64,000 nucleotides of DNA, from contig JABGVU010000099.1 in NCBI GenBank assembly GCA_018645865.1, forward strand, positions 5,291-69,290. The letters are read 5' to 3'. Shown piece after piece: positions 31,039 through 41,498 of this stretch; position 1 is the stretch's first letter, and the number at the start of each line of letters is the position of its first letter. The translations under genes and the position numbers were made by a program. The notes under the pieces are model-generated. The model was not told where the DNA came from and made no database searches. It saw only the letters and a program-made list of their open reading frames with translations. This DNA is from Flavobacteriales bacterium. GTDB taxonomy: Bacteria; Bacteroidota; Bacteroidia; Flavobacteriales; BACL11.

Positions 31039-33381
31039 ATGGCAAAGAACTTAGTGATTGTAGAATCACCTGCAAAGAAAAAAATAATACAAGGTTTTTT
31101 AGGAAAAGACTTTGTAGTAGAATCAAGTATAGGGCATATTAGAGATTTGCCTAAAAAAGGAGGTATGGCCATTGATATTAAAAATGGATTTGAGCCTAAT
31201 TATGTTATTTCTGAAGATAAAACTAAAGTAGTAAGCCATCTTAAAAATATAGCGAAAAAATCCGAGACTGTTTGGCTTGCTACGGATGAGGATCGTGAAG
31301 GAGAGGCAATTGCTTGGCACTTAACAGAGGCTTTAAAGTTAGATGCTAGCTCTACTAAAAGAATTGTATTTCATGAAATTACTAAGAATGCGATTACTAA
31401 AGCAGTAGAAAATCCTAGAGTTTTAGATACTAACTTAGTGAATGCCCAACAAGCTAGACGTGTATTGGATAGATTAGTTGGTTTTGAACTTTCGCCTGTA
31501 CTTTGGAGAAAAGTAAAGCAAGGTCTTTCTGCTGGTCGTGTGCAGTCAGTTGCTGTACGTTTAATTGTTGAGCGTGAAAATGAAATAAGTAACTTTACTT
31601 CAATATCATCTTATAAAGTAGTTGCTTTTTTTATTAATAGTGATGGGAACATAGTAAGATCAGAATTGCCTCAAAGATTTAAAGCAAATGAAAATGCTTA
31701 TGCATTTATGGAAAAATGTAAGGATGCAACTTTTTCGGTTGGTTCTTTGGAGCGAAAGCCAGCAAAAAAATCGGCAACAGCACCTTTTACAACTTCTACA
31801 TTGCAGCAAGAGGCATCACGTAAACTTGGTTTTTCAGTGAGTCAAACTATGATGGTAGCTCAAAAATTATATGAAGCAGGTAAAATTACCTACATGAGAA
31901 CCGATAGTGTAAATTTATCTCAAGATGCTTTAGCAGCAGCTGAGTTGGAAATTACTAATTTGTATGGTGAAGAATTTGCGCAAAGGAGAGTGTATACTAA
32001 AAAAGCAAAGGGGGCACAAGAGGCACATGAGGCAATTCGCCCTTCTTACATGAATAATAAAACTGTTGAGGGAGATAGTTCTCATCAGAGGTTGTACGAT
32101 TTAATTTGGAAAAGAACTATTTCTTCTCAAATGGCGGATGCTCAGTTTGATAGAACAACTGTTAAGATTAATATTTCAAATACTGCTGAACAGTTTGTTG
32201 CTAAAGGTGAAGTAATTACTTTTGAAGGGTTTATGAAGGTTTATTTGGAAGGGAAAGATGATGATAATGAAGAGCAGAAAGGAATGTTGCCTAAATTGGA
32301 AGTTGGGGAAGCTTTAGATCTTTCTGAAGCAGTTGCTTCTGAGCAGTTCTCTCGTCCTCCAGCAAGATATGCTGAGGCAAGTTTAGTAAAAAAGATGGAA
32401 GAACTAGGTATTGGAAGACCATCAACATATGCAGCAACCATTACAACTATTCAAAAGAGGGGTTACATTGAAAAAGAAAGTAGAGATGGATTTGATCGTA
32501 TTTCACAAATGATTGAATTAAAAGATGGAAATCTCACAAAATCAGAGAAAACATCAATCACAGGAGCTGAAAATAAAAAATTATTTCCTACTGATGTAGG
32601 TATAGTTGTTACTGAATTTTTAGTAGAACACTTTTCTGATGTTATGGAATATAGCTTTACAGCTTCAGTTGAAACTGAATTTGATGAAATTGCAGAAGGA
32701 AAAAAAGTTTGGAATGAGATGATTGCTTCTTTTTATGGAGGTTTTAAAGAAAAAGTACTGGATGTAATTGGAAATGTTGGTAAGGCTTCAGGAGAAAGAG
32801 AATTAGGCAATAACCCTATAAGCGGTGAAAAAGTATTTGCACGTATAGGTCCTTTTGGTCCTATGGTTCAGATGGGTGAAAAACAAGAAGATGAAAATGC
32901 CCCAAAACCTAAATTTGCTTCTTTGTTAAAAGGACAAACTATACAAACAATTACCTTAGATGAAGCTATGGATTTGTTTAAATTACCAAGGATGGTAGGG
33001 GAATGGGAAGGAAAGGAAATTGTTGCTTCAGTAGGTAGGTTTGGTCCGTATTTGCGTTATGACAGCAAGTTTACATCCATCAAGAAAACAGATGAAGAAG
33101 ATCCTTTAACAATAGAATTAGAAAGATCTATTGAATTGATAAAAGTTAAAATTCAAGCGGATAAAGACAGATTAATTGCTAATTTTGATGGCGATCCTTT
33201 AATTCAAATACTGAACGGTAGATATGGTCCTTTTATTCAGGTTACTCCTCCAAAAGGTAAAAAGATAAATGTTAAAATACCAAAAGGAACTGAGCCAAAA
33301 GATTTGAATAGAGAAGAATGTGTTACTTTGTGGGAGAATCAGCCTGCTAAAAAAGCTAAAGGAAAGAAAAATAATGATTGA
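31039..33381 (+). CDS. topA: DNA topoisomerase I
   Basis: IVESPAK, ATDEDREGE, SAGRVQS, ITYMRTDS, AHEAIRP, GIGRPSTYA; C-terminal GRFGPY repeats rather than zinc ribbons. Confidence 0.98.
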   Translation: MAKNLVIVESPAKKKIIQGFLGKDFVVESSIGHIRDLPKKGGMAIDIKNGFEPNYVISEDKTKVVSHLKNIAKKSETVWLATDEDREGEAIAWHLTEALKLDASSTKRIVFHEITKNAITKAVENPRVLDTNLVNAQQARRVLDRLVGFELSPVLWRKVKQGLSAGRVQSVAVRLIVERENEISNFTSISSYKVVAFFINSDGNIVRSELPQRFKANENAYAFMEKCKDATFSVGSLERKPAKKSATAPFTTSTLQQEASRKLGFSVSQTMMVAQKLYEAGKITYMRTDSVNLSQDALAAAELEITNLYGEEFAQRRVYTKKAKGAQEAHEAIRPSYMNNKTVEGDSSHQRLYDLIWKRTISSQMADAQFDRTTVKINISNTAEQFVAKGEVITFEGFMKVYLEGKDDDNEEQKGMLPKLEVGEALDLSEAVASEQFSRPPARYAEASLVKKMEELGIGRPSTYAATITTIQKRGYIEKESRDGFDRISQMIELKDGNLTKSEKTSITGAENKKLFPTDVGIVVTEFLVEHFSDVMEYSFTASVETEFDEIAEGKKVWNEMIASFYGGFKEKVLDVIGNVGKASGERELGNNPISGEKVFARIGPFGPMVQMGEKQEDENAPKPKFASLLKGQTIQTITLDEAMDLFKLPRMVGEWEGKEIVASVGRFGPYLRYDSKFTSIKKTDEEDPLTIELERSIELIKVKIQADKDRLIANFDGDPLIQILNGRYGPFIQVTPPKGKKINVKIPKGTEPKDLNREECVTLWENQPAKKAKGKKNND

Positions 33382-34534
33382 ATTACACTCCTATTTTAAA
33401 CCTTTAAATCCTGGCATTTATGCTGCAAAGGATAGGTGGGAAACTACACAAATAGGGCGTTTAATTGATTCGTATACTGCTGATCATTTTCCTGAATTGA
33501 AATTTGCTGAAATTGCAATTTTTAATATTCCTGAATATGAAGGTTCAAAAAATAAATTAGCGAGTCCGAATTGTAAAATTAGGGCTTCCTTTTATCAATT
33601 GCACCAAGAAAAATCACCTAGAATAGTTGATTTAGGTACTTTGCAGCTAATGCCAACTCGTAAAGAATCATTTAAAATGATTCAAGATGTTTGTGAAGTT
33701 TTATTGCATGATGGAGTAATTCCTATTATTATTGGAGGTGGGCATGATATTAGTTATGCTGTTTATAAAGCTTATGCTGCTTTAGAGAAGTATATTACTC
33801 TTACTTCAGTCGATAAAAGATTTGATATTGGCTTGGAGGAAGATAAATTAGCGTCCTACTCTCATTTAAGAAAGATTATAAGTCATAGACCTAGCCATTT
33901 GTTTCATTATGTTAATTTGGGTTATCAGTCCTATTTCGTTTCAACTATAGCTATTGAAATGCTAAAAGGGATGAATTTTGATGTCGTAAGGTTGGGCGAT
34001 CTAAAAGCTGATTTTCAGGAAGTAGAGCCAGTAATGAGGAATACTGATTTTTTAAGTTTTGATATATCGGCAATTCAATTTGCTTATGCTGAGGCGAATG
34101 TTTACAATTCTCCTAACGGATTAAACGGAGAGGAAGCATGCAAGATAATGCGTTATGCTGGAGTGAGTGATAAATTGTCATCTGTTGGTTTATTTGAGTA
34201 TAATCAGGAATTAGATGTAAATAATCAAACGGCTCAATTATTGGCACAAATGATTTGGTATTTTGTTGATGGTTATAAAATGCGGAAGCAGGAGTTAAAT
34301 CCGAATTTAAAAAATTGTATGAAATACACGGTTGCATTTGAAGATGGTAAAAACGAAATTATTTTTTACAAAAGCCAAAGTAGTGGAAGGTGGTGGATGG
34401 GTGTTCCTTTTAAAAAGGAAGGTGAAAAACAACTGCAAAATTACTTTGTTGCTTGCTCATATCGAGACTATGAGATGGCAAATCAGGGGGAAGTTCCTGA
34501 AAGATGGTTAAAAACTTACAATAAGTTTATTTAA
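33374..34534 (+). CDS. Ureohydrolase (arginase/formimidoylglutamase) fold protein with degenerate metal site
   Basis: IVDLG, GGGHD, DKRFD, SFDISAI, SPNGL; C-terminal FYKS...RWW...ERW extension. Confidence 0.85.
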   Translation: MIELHSYFKPLNPGIYAAKDRWETTQIGRLIDSYTADHFPELKFAEIAIFNIPEYEGSKNKLASPNCKIRASFYQLHQEKSPRIVDLGTLQLMPTRKESFKMIQDVCEVLLHDGVIPIIIGGGHDISYAVYKAYAALEKYITLTSVDKRFDIGLEEDKLASYSHLRKIISHRPSHLFHYVNLGYQSYFVSTIAIEMLKGMNFDVVRLGDLKADFQEVEPVMRNTDFLSFDISAIQFAYAEANVYNSPNGLNGEEACKIMRYAGVSDKLSSVGLFEYNQELDVNNQTAQLLAQMIWYFVDGYKMRKQELNPNLKNCMKYTVAFEDGKNEIIFYKSQSSGRWWMGVPFKKEGEKQLQNYFVACSYRDYEMANQGEVPERWLKTYNKFI

Positions 34535-34674
34535 TTAAACTCCCTGATAGTTAGAATAATAGGCATTAAACATGCTATTGAATCTACTTAAACACATAAG
34601 ATTGTCGCTAGTAATTCGTACGCTTAATTAAAATTTGTTTATTTTAGCCCCAAATTTTCAATAGATAAATAAAT

Positions 34675-35592
34675 ATGAAGAAAATAATTATACTAATCTT
34701 AGCTGTTATATCAGTAATTACTGTTTCTGCACAACAAGCTCCACAATTCAGTCAGAATATGTTTAATAAATTAGCTAATAATCCTGGATTTGCAGGAAGT
34801 AGAGGGGTTATTGCTACTTCTATTTTACATAGATCGCAATGGATGGGATTTAGTGAGAATGGATCTGCTGCTTCAACTCAAAATTTTAGTATTGATGCTG
34901 AATTACCATTCTTATTTGGTGGTGTTGGTTTGAATGTTGTGAAAGATAATATAGTTCAATTTAGTAATTTAGGTTTACAAGCATCTTATGCTTATCGTAC
35001 TGAATTAGGAATTGGTCAAATTGGAATGGGTATGTCAGTTGGAATGTTTCAGAGTGGCTTAGATGGCGCTAAACTTAATCCCGCTCAAGCAGGTGATAAT
35101 GCGATTCCTTTAAGTAGTGTAAGTGGATCAAAGCTAGATATAGGAGCTGGTATTTATTATAATACTCAGGATGTTTATATTGGAATTTCTTCTTCACATA
35201 TGACTGAGCCTGTTGTAGAATGGAGTGATGGTGCTAACTATCCTCTAGCTAGACATTACTTTTTAATTGCAGGTTACTATCATGAACTTAATCCTCAGCT
35301 TTCATTAAACCCTTCAATATATTTAAAATCGGATGGAGCAACTTCTCAATTAGATATTAATACAAATTTAATATACAATAATAAGATGTGGGGTGGCGTT
35401 AGTTATAGGTTAGATGAAGGCCTGATTTTATTGGCAGGTATGAACGTGAATGAAGATTTAAGGTTTGGATTAGGGTATGATATAACAATGATAAATCCAA
35501 TGGGGAATTCTCTAGAAATTATGTTAGGATATAACTTTAAGATTAAAACAAACAAAGCAATTTCAAAATACAAAAATCCAAGATTCTTATAA
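34675..35592 (+). CDS. porP: T9SS membrane protein PorP/SprF family
   Basis: AQQAPQFSQNMFN, NPGFAG, HRSQWMGF, WGGVSYR, SLEIMLGY, PRFL end. Confidence 0.92.
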   Translation: MKKIIILILAVISVITVSAQQAPQFSQNMFNKLANNPGFAGSRGVIATSILHRSQWMGFSENGSAASTQNFSIDAELPFLFGGVGLNVVKDNIVQFSNLGLQASYAYRTELGIGQIGMGMSVGMFQSGLDGAKLNPAQAGDNAIPLSSVSGSKLDIGAGIYYNTQDVYIGISSSHMTEPVVEWSDGANYPLARHYFLIAGYYHELNPQLSLNPSIYLKSDGATSQLDINTNLIYNNKMWGGVSYRLDEGLILLAGMNVNEDLRFGLGYDITMINPMGNSLEIMLGYNFKIKTNKAISKYKNPRFL

Positions 35593-35625
35593 AATAGATT
35601 TAACTCACGAAAGTGATAAATAAAT

Positions 35626-36936
35626 ATGAATATGAAAAAAATAATATTATTAAGTTCAATTGTAGCACTATTAAGTGCTTGTGGTAGTTCGGGTAATGGT
35701 GAATTGATTGGATCGCAAAATAGACAGATCTGGAATCCTACAGATCCTTATGGAATGGTATTCATTCCTCAAGGAAGTTTCAATATGGGGCCTTCTGATC
35801 AAGATGTTCCATTTTCAAATGTGTCGGCATCAAAAACTATTTCTGTTGGGGCATTCTATATGGATGAAACTGAAATTACTAATAATGAATATCGCCAGTT
35901 TGTAACTTGGGTGAGAGATTCTTTAGCACATACTATTTTAGGTGAAGCAGGAGTTGAAGGACACCTAATTGAGGAAGATAATTATGGTAATTTCTTGGAG
36001 CCTGCAAAAGTTAACTGGAATACTAAAATTAGATGGGATGATCAAGAGGTTAGAGAAATACTTGAGGAAGAAATGTATTTACCAGAACATGAAAGATTGA
36101 ACGGTAGACGCGAGTTTGATACTAGAAAGTATGTGTTTAAATATCAAGTTTTAGATGTCCAGGCTGCTTCAAGTAAATCAAAAAGAGAAGGTGATGCTGC
36201 TGGTAAGAGAGATAGAAGTGAATTTTTATCTGATTTTGAAGTTTCAATTTTCCCTGACACATTAACTTGGATTCACGATTATGCATATTCTTTTAATGAT
36301 CCGTATACTAAGAATTACTTTTTTCACTCTGCCTTTGATGATTATCCGGTAGTAGGTATTAACTGGAAACAAGCTACGGCATTTACTAAATGGAGAACAA
36401 AAATAATGAATTCTTTCTTAAGAAAAATTAAACAACCAGTATTGCCAGAATTTAGATTGCCTACAGAATCAGAATGGGAATATGCCTCAAGAGGAGGGTT
36501 GGATTTTTCTCCTTACCCTTGGGGTGGTCCTTACACTCGTAATATGAAGGGTTGTTTTTTGGCAAACTTTAAGCCATTAAGAGGTAATTATGTTGCTGAT
36601 GGAGGTCTTAAAACAATTAAAACAGCTTCATATAATCCGAATGGTTTTGGGCTTTATGATATGGCAGGAAATGTTGCTGAATGGACCTCAAATGCTTATG
36701 ATGAATCTGCTTTTTCATATTCTCATGATATGAATATGGATTATCATTATAATGCAAGTGAAGATGATCATGCTGTACTAAAAAGAAAATCTATCAGAGG
36801 AGGTTCTTGGAAAGATATTGCTTATTTCATACAAACAAGTACAAGAACTTTTGAGTACCAGGATACAGCTAAAAGCTATATTGGTTTTAGATGTGCAGTT
36901 GATTTCCTTGGTAGAGATAAAAAAGATTTTGAATAA
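35626..36936 (+). CDS. gldK: Gliding/T9SS lipoprotein GldK
   Basis: Lipobox LSAC, FYMDETEITNNEYRQFV, FRLPTESEWEYA, LYDMAGNVAEW, YIGFRC. Confidence 0.95.
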   Translation: MNMKKIILLSSIVALLSACGSSGNGELIGSQNRQIWNPTDPYGMVFIPQGSFNMGPSDQDVPFSNVSASKTISVGAFYMDETEITNNEYRQFVTWVRDSLAHTILGEAGVEGHLIEEDNYGNFLEPAKVNWNTKIRWDDQEVREILEEEMYLPEHERLNGRREFDTRKYVFKYQVLDVQAASSKSKREGDAAGKRDRSEFLSDFEVSIFPDTLTWIHDYAYSFNDPYTKNYFFHSAFDDYPVVGINWKQATAFTKWRTKIMNSFLRKIKQPVLPEFRLPTESEWEYASRGGLDFSPYPWGGPYTRNMKGCFLANFKPLRGNYVADGGLKTIKTASYNPNGFGLYDMAGNVAEWTSNAYDESAFSYSHDMNMDYHYNASEDDHAVLKRKSIRGGSWKDIAYFIQTSTRTFEYQDTAKSYIGFRCAVDFLGRDKKDFE

Positions 36937-36967
36937 ATTTTTTCAATAATTAAATAAAAATAAGAAA

Positions 36968-37624
36968 ATGAGTTTCATAGATAATTTAGCAAAAATAACA
37001 GAAGCAAAATGGTACAAAGTAATGATGCCAAAATTATATGGTTGGGGCGCAGCACTTGTAATTTTAGGAGCACTATTTAAAATAGAACATTATCCAGGAG
37101 CATCAATTATGCTTGCTGTCGGTTTAGGTACTGAGGCGATTATCTTCTTTTTCTCTGCTTTTGAGAAGCCACATGTTGATCCAGATTGGTCATTAGTATA
37201 TCCAGAACTTGCTCATATGGAAGACCCTGATCATAAAAGACCATCTCAACAATTAGATGATGCTTTAGCGAAAGCCAAGATTGATAACGAATTAATTGAA
37301 AGTTTAAATGAAGGACTAAGATCTTTTGGTGAATCGGCTAGGCAATTGAATGAAACGGTTACTGCTGCTTCTGGTATTTCAGAATATAATTCACAAATTC
37401 AGGAAGGAGTAAAAAATATGAATGCTTTGAATTCTTTATATGAGTTGCAATTACAAACTTCTAATCATCAGATGGAGGCGACAACTTTGTTCTTGCAAAA
37501 TTTACAATCTTCTGTAGATGATTCTAAGAGATTTCAAGAGCAAGTTAGTAGTTTAGCTGATAACTTAGAGCAATTAAATAAGGTATATGGAAACATGCTA
37601 ACTGCAATGAATTCAAATAAATAA
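36968..37624 (+). CDS. gldL: Gliding/T9SS motor protein GldL
   Basis: YGWGAALVILGALFKI, GLGTEAIIFFFSAFE, DWSLVYPEL, LNKVYGNMLTAM. Confidence 0.97.
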   Translation: MSFIDNLAKITEAKWYKVMMPKLYGWGAALVILGALFKIEHYPGASIMLAVGLGTEAIIFFFSAFEKPHVDPDWSLVYPELAHMEDPDHKRPSQQLDDALAKAKIDNELIESLNEGLRSFGESARQLNETVTAASGISEYNSQIQEGVKNMNALNSLYELQLQTSNHQMEATTLFLQNLQSSVDDSKRFQEQVSSLADNLEQLNKVYGNMLTAMNSNK

Positions 37625-37657
37625 TCATCATTAATTACTTGAAAAACATAAAATAAT

Positions 37658-39370
37658 ATGGCTGGAGGTAATTTGTCGCCAAGACAGAAGATGATTAACA
37701 TGATGTATTTAGTGCTTACGGCGCTGCTTGCATTAAATGTATCCAAGGAAGTACTAAATTCATTTTTTGAAGTGAATAATGGTATTACTAGAACAACTAC
37801 AAATTTTAATGCAAAAAATGGAGATACTTATGCTGCTTTTGATGCTGCTGCTGAGGTGAATCCTGTTAAGGCAGGCCCTTATAGAGAGCAAGCGTATAAA
37901 ATTAAACAAGAAGCAGATAAATTAGTAGCTTCTTTGCAAGAAATGAAATATAATCTTGTTTTAAAAGCTGATAAAAAAGTTTATTTAGGATCTGAAAGTG
38001 AAATTAAAGATGAAGAAGGTGATTTAATTGATGGAAAATCAATTGTGTTAACTTGGGATTTATTAAGTGATCAACAAAAATTAATGAATATTGGCGCTTT
38101 AACTAATAAGGATGATAGACATGCTTCTGGCGATTTATTTTACAATTCAAAAAGGAAAAATAATATTGCAACAGATTTAAAGATTGATTTAAGTTCATAT
38201 AAAAATTCACTTATTTCTATTGCAGATGGAAATGAATCTCTAATTGCATCAATAAATGAAACTTGTAATTATGAAGATAAAAAAATAAAAGGTAAAAAAC
38301 AGTTATGGGAAGAATATAATTTTTATGATATGCCTTCTGTTGGAGCATTAACGCTACTTTCTAAAATGCAATCTGATGTTAGAAACACTGAAGCAGACAT
38401 TATTAATATGTTAAGAGAAAATATTGATGCAGGATCATTGAAATTCACTTCTGCTGAAGGTATTCAAATTCCCAATTCTAATTTTGTATTAAAAGGAGAT
38501 TCTTTTAGGGCTCAAATATTTATTGCCGCAAAGGATACTACACAAGCACCAATTATTTATGTTGGAGAATTTGATTCATTAGGAGGAGGGAAATATGAGA
38601 TGGTTGGTGATGATTATGAAACGGTTAAAGTGGTGAATGGTAAGGGAATTTTTGCAAAACGAGCATTATCAGAGGGCGTCCAAAAGTGGGGAGGATTAAT
38701 TGCTATGAAAACTGATAACGGCACTAAAATTTATCCTTTTAGAGGCGAATATTTGGTAGCTGCTAAAACAGCTGTTGTTTCGCCAACAAATATGAATATT
38801 TTATATTTAGAGGTTGACAACCCAATTAAAATTTCTGTTCCTGGATATACTGCAGGAGTAATTTCTGCAGTAATTAATAATGGTAAAATTTCAGTAATTA
38901 AAAAATCATTGGGAGAATATTCTGCTCGTCCTTCTAAAAAAGGAAAGGCTATGGTATCTCTTTTTACAGAAGTAAATGGTAAGCGTACTAAAATGGGTGA
39001 TATGGAATTTCGAGTTAAGCCCGTACCTCCACCAAAGGCAGAGCTTTTAGGAGCAAAGAGTGTTAATGGTACAACCGTCATTGATAAGATGATGATGGTT
39101 AATGCTGGAGGAATATTGGCAAGACTGAAGGATTTTGATTTTAAAGGAGTAAGGTATATGATTACTTCTTTTAGATTGACAGGAGTGTATAAAGGAGAAC
39201 AAATGAAGGAAGAAACAAAAGGACCAGAATTTTCATTAAAGATGATAAATATTATTAAAAATATAAAATCAGGAAATACAATAACAATCTCTAATATTCA
39301 GGCAAAAAGGGTAGATTACAAGAATAGTGATGAAATACCTTTAGATCCATTAGTTATAGAAATAAAATAA
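37658..39370 (+). CDS. gldM: Gliding/T9SS motor protein GldM
   Basis: SPRQKMINMMYLVLTALLALNVS, MNILYLEVDNPIKISVPG, FRVKPVPPP. Confidence 0.97.
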   Translation: MAGGNLSPRQKMINMMYLVLTALLALNVSKEVLNSFFEVNNGITRTTTNFNAKNGDTYAAFDAAAEVNPVKAGPYREQAYKIKQEADKLVASLQEMKYNLVLKADKKVYLGSESEIKDEEGDLIDGKSIVLTWDLLSDQQKLMNIGALTNKDDRHASGDLFYNSKRKNNIATDLKIDLSSYKNSLISIADGNESLIASINETCNYEDKKIKGKKQLWEEYNFYDMPSVGALTLLSKMQSDVRNTEADIINMLRENIDAGSLKFTSAEGIQIPNSNFVLKGDSFRAQIFIAAKDTTQAPIIYVGEFDSLGGGKYEMVGDDYETVKVVNGKGIFAKRALSEGVQKWGGLIAMKTDNGTKIYPFRGEYLVAAKTAVVSPTNMNILYLEVDNPIKISVPGYTAGVISAVINNGKISVIKKSLGEYSARPSKKGKAMVSLFTEVNGKRTKMGDMEFRVKPVPPPKAELLGAKSVNGTTVIDKMMMVNAGGILARLKDFDFKGVRYMITSFRLTGVYKGEQMKEETKGPEFSLKMINIIKNIKSGNTITISNIQAKRVDYKNSDEIPLDPLVIEIK

Positions 39371-39376
39371 ATAATT

Positions 39377-40276
39377 ATGAAAAAAATAATCTTATTATTA
39401 ATTACAATTACACTATGTGTTGTAGGAATAAATGCTCAAGATGTACTTACTACAGAGGACATGAATTCTGTGTATAAGAAAGAAAAGCACCATAATAAAA
39501 GAGTTCAGCAGTATGCCCCTTTACGTCAAGCAGATGTAATGTGGTCTCGTAAAATATGGCGAGAAATTGATTTACGTCAAAAAATTAATCATCCTTTTTA
39601 TTATCCGGAAAATGATGGTGTTGGGCACACCATTGAAGATAGAAAGAGTTTAATTGATGTTATTTACTCTGCTATACAGGAAGGTAGTATTACTGCATAT
39701 GATAATGCTGCTATGGATGATGAATTTAGAGAACCAATGACTCCTGAAGGTATAAAACAAATTGGAGGAGCTAAAGAAGAATTAATTGAAGTGATTGATT
39801 GGGATGCTGTTGCTGAAGGAGCTGATCCAGAAGAAGCAAAAACCACAAGAGTTAATGTAGTTCCATTTAATAGAAATACGGTTAAAAAATGGAGAATAAA
39901 AGAAGAATGGTTTTTTGATAAACAAAGATCAGTAATGGATGTTCGTATTATTGGATTAGCCCCATTACAAGAAGATAGAGATGAAGTTAATAATCAGTTG
40001 TTAGGAACATTTTCTCCTCTTTTCTGGGTATATTTCCCAGAAGCTAGAGAAATTTTGATTAATGCAGAAGTTTTTAATTTAGTTAAAAATAATGCTGAAA
40101 GAAGAACTTATGATGATATTTTTTGGAAAAGAATGTTTGGGAGTACTATTGTGAAAGAATCAAGTGTTATGGATAGAAAGGTGAATGAATACATGGTTGG
40201 TCTTGATGCTTTATTAGAAGCAGAAAAAATTAAGACAGAAATCTTTAATATGGAACATGATCTTTGGGAATATTAA
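39377..40276 (+). CDS. gldN: Gliding/T9SS protein GldN
   Basis: LRQADVMWSRKIWREIDL, KEEWFFDK, LFWVYFPEAR, EHDLWEY. Confidence 0.96.
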   Translation: MKKIILLLITITLCVVGINAQDVLTTEDMNSVYKKEKHHNKRVQQYAPLRQADVMWSRKIWREIDLRQKINHPFYYPENDGVGHTIEDRKSLIDVIYSAIQEGSITAYDNAAMDDEFREPMTPEGIKQIGGAKEELIEVIDWDAVAEGADPEEAKTTRVNVVPFNRNTVKKWRIKEEWFFDKQRSVMDVRIIGLAPLQEDRDEVNNQLLGTFSPLFWVYFPEAREILINAEVFNLVKNNAERRTYDDIFWKRMFGSTIVKESSVMDRKVNEYMVGLDALLEAEKIKTEIFNMEHDLWEY

Positions 40277-40298
40277 ACGCAATAAATAATACATTACT

Positions 40299-40321
40299 AG
40301 AAGCCCTAATGGGGCTTTTTT
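40299..40321 (+). terminator. Intrinsic terminator after gldN
   Basis: AAGCCC-TAATG-GGGCTT followed by a T run. Confidence 0.8.
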
Positions 40322-40406
40322 AATTTGAACAAAGAATAGCAATTTTCACCATTTTAAATCAAGAATTTATAATCTTGTAACAGGGAAATTTTTAAATAAA
40401 TAAGAA

Positions 40407-41246
40407 ATGACAGAAGAATTAAATCTAAATGAATTATTTTCTAATCTTGTAAAATTTATTGCAAGAAATAGTAGATTGCTTTTTGTTTTTATGGGAGCTG
40501 GTATTCTTAGTGTTATTGCATATCAGAAATTTAAAACTCCTTATTATGAAACAAAAGCAATTTGTATGTCAGGTATTTCTGAATACGAAAGACAAGAACA
40601 GATTGAGGATTTAAGCCAAAGAACAGCAATTGATTTGATTAATCATTTGCAAATTAATATTGAAAATAAAGATTATTCTGCCTTAGTAAATTCATTAGGG
40701 TTAGAGTTAGAAGTTGTTTCGAGCTTAAAAAGTATTGAAGCTGAACAATTATATCAACAGGACATGAATGAGAAGTTTTATGCACTCAATAAATTTGAAA
40801 TTTCATTATTAACTTTTGATGAAAAGCACATTAACCAATTACAAGAAGGTCTTATTTATTATTTTACAAACAACATTTTTATTAAGCAATATCACAATAG
40901 TTATTTAGCTTCTAATATTGAAATTATTAATAATATCAATGATGAGATAGAAATGTTAAATAACATTAGAATTGTTGGTGCTAAAAACAGTTTAGATGTA
41001 AGTTCTGTAAATATAGTTAGTGGTAAAGAGAGTAGCGTTGTTAGTAATCAAATTATTTTACTTAGTCAACTTAGAGAAAACATAAAAACTAAACAGGCTT
41101 TATTAAAACCATTAACATTTGTACAGAATTTTGCTAAAGTAAATCAGAAAGAAGATGATATTTTAATCTTAGGGGTTTTAGGCGCTATTTTATCTTTTAT
41201 TTTAGGTTTGTTTGTCGCTTTAGTTAAAGAAGTAAAAACTAATTAA
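40407..41246 (+). CDS. Wzz-like polysaccharide chain-length/co-polymerase protein
   Basis: EELNLNELF start, TM1, PYYE, coiled periplasmic region, C-terminal TM; no kinase domain. Confidence 0.7.
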   Translation: MTEELNLNELFSNLVKFIARNSRLLFVFMGAGILSVIAYQKFKTPYYETKAICMSGISEYERQEQIEDLSQRTAIDLINHLQINIENKDYSALVNSLGLELEVVSSLKSIEAEQLYQQDMNEKFYALNKFEISLLTFDEKHINQLQEGLIYYFTNNIFIKQYHNSYLASNIEIINNINDEIEMLNNIRIVGAKNSLDVSSVNIVSGKESSVVSNQIILLSQLRENIKTKQALLKPLTFVQNFAKVNQKEDDILILGVLGAILSFILGLFVALVKEVKTN

Positions 41247-41247
41247 T

Positions 41248-41493
41248 ATGAAAGCAGGAATTATAGGCTTAGGATATGTTGCCTTAGTTGCTGCTGCTTG
41301 TTTTACTTTAATGGACAATGATGTAGATCATGGAAAAATAGATAAATTAAAATTGGGTGTTATCCCAGTTTATGAGCCCGGATTATCAACTTTAGTAAAA
41401 GAAAATTTATTTATTGATGGTAGAAATCAGTTTAGAACAGATTTTATTGAAAGTAAAGGGTTCAAATATGTGCAGATAGGCGTTAAAGAATAG
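41248..41493 (+). pseudogene. ugd: UDP-glucose 6-dehydrogenase remnant (N- and C-termini fused in frame)
   Basis: IIGLGYVAL...IPVYEPGL (family N-terminus) joined directly to FIDGRNQF...YVQIG (family C-terminus) in only 81 aa. Confidence 0.88.
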
Positions 41494-41498
41494 ATTAT

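Noticed and set aside
34675..36936. porP directly upstream of gldK
   Set aside because: Same arrangement as the known porP-porKLMN operon; not novel
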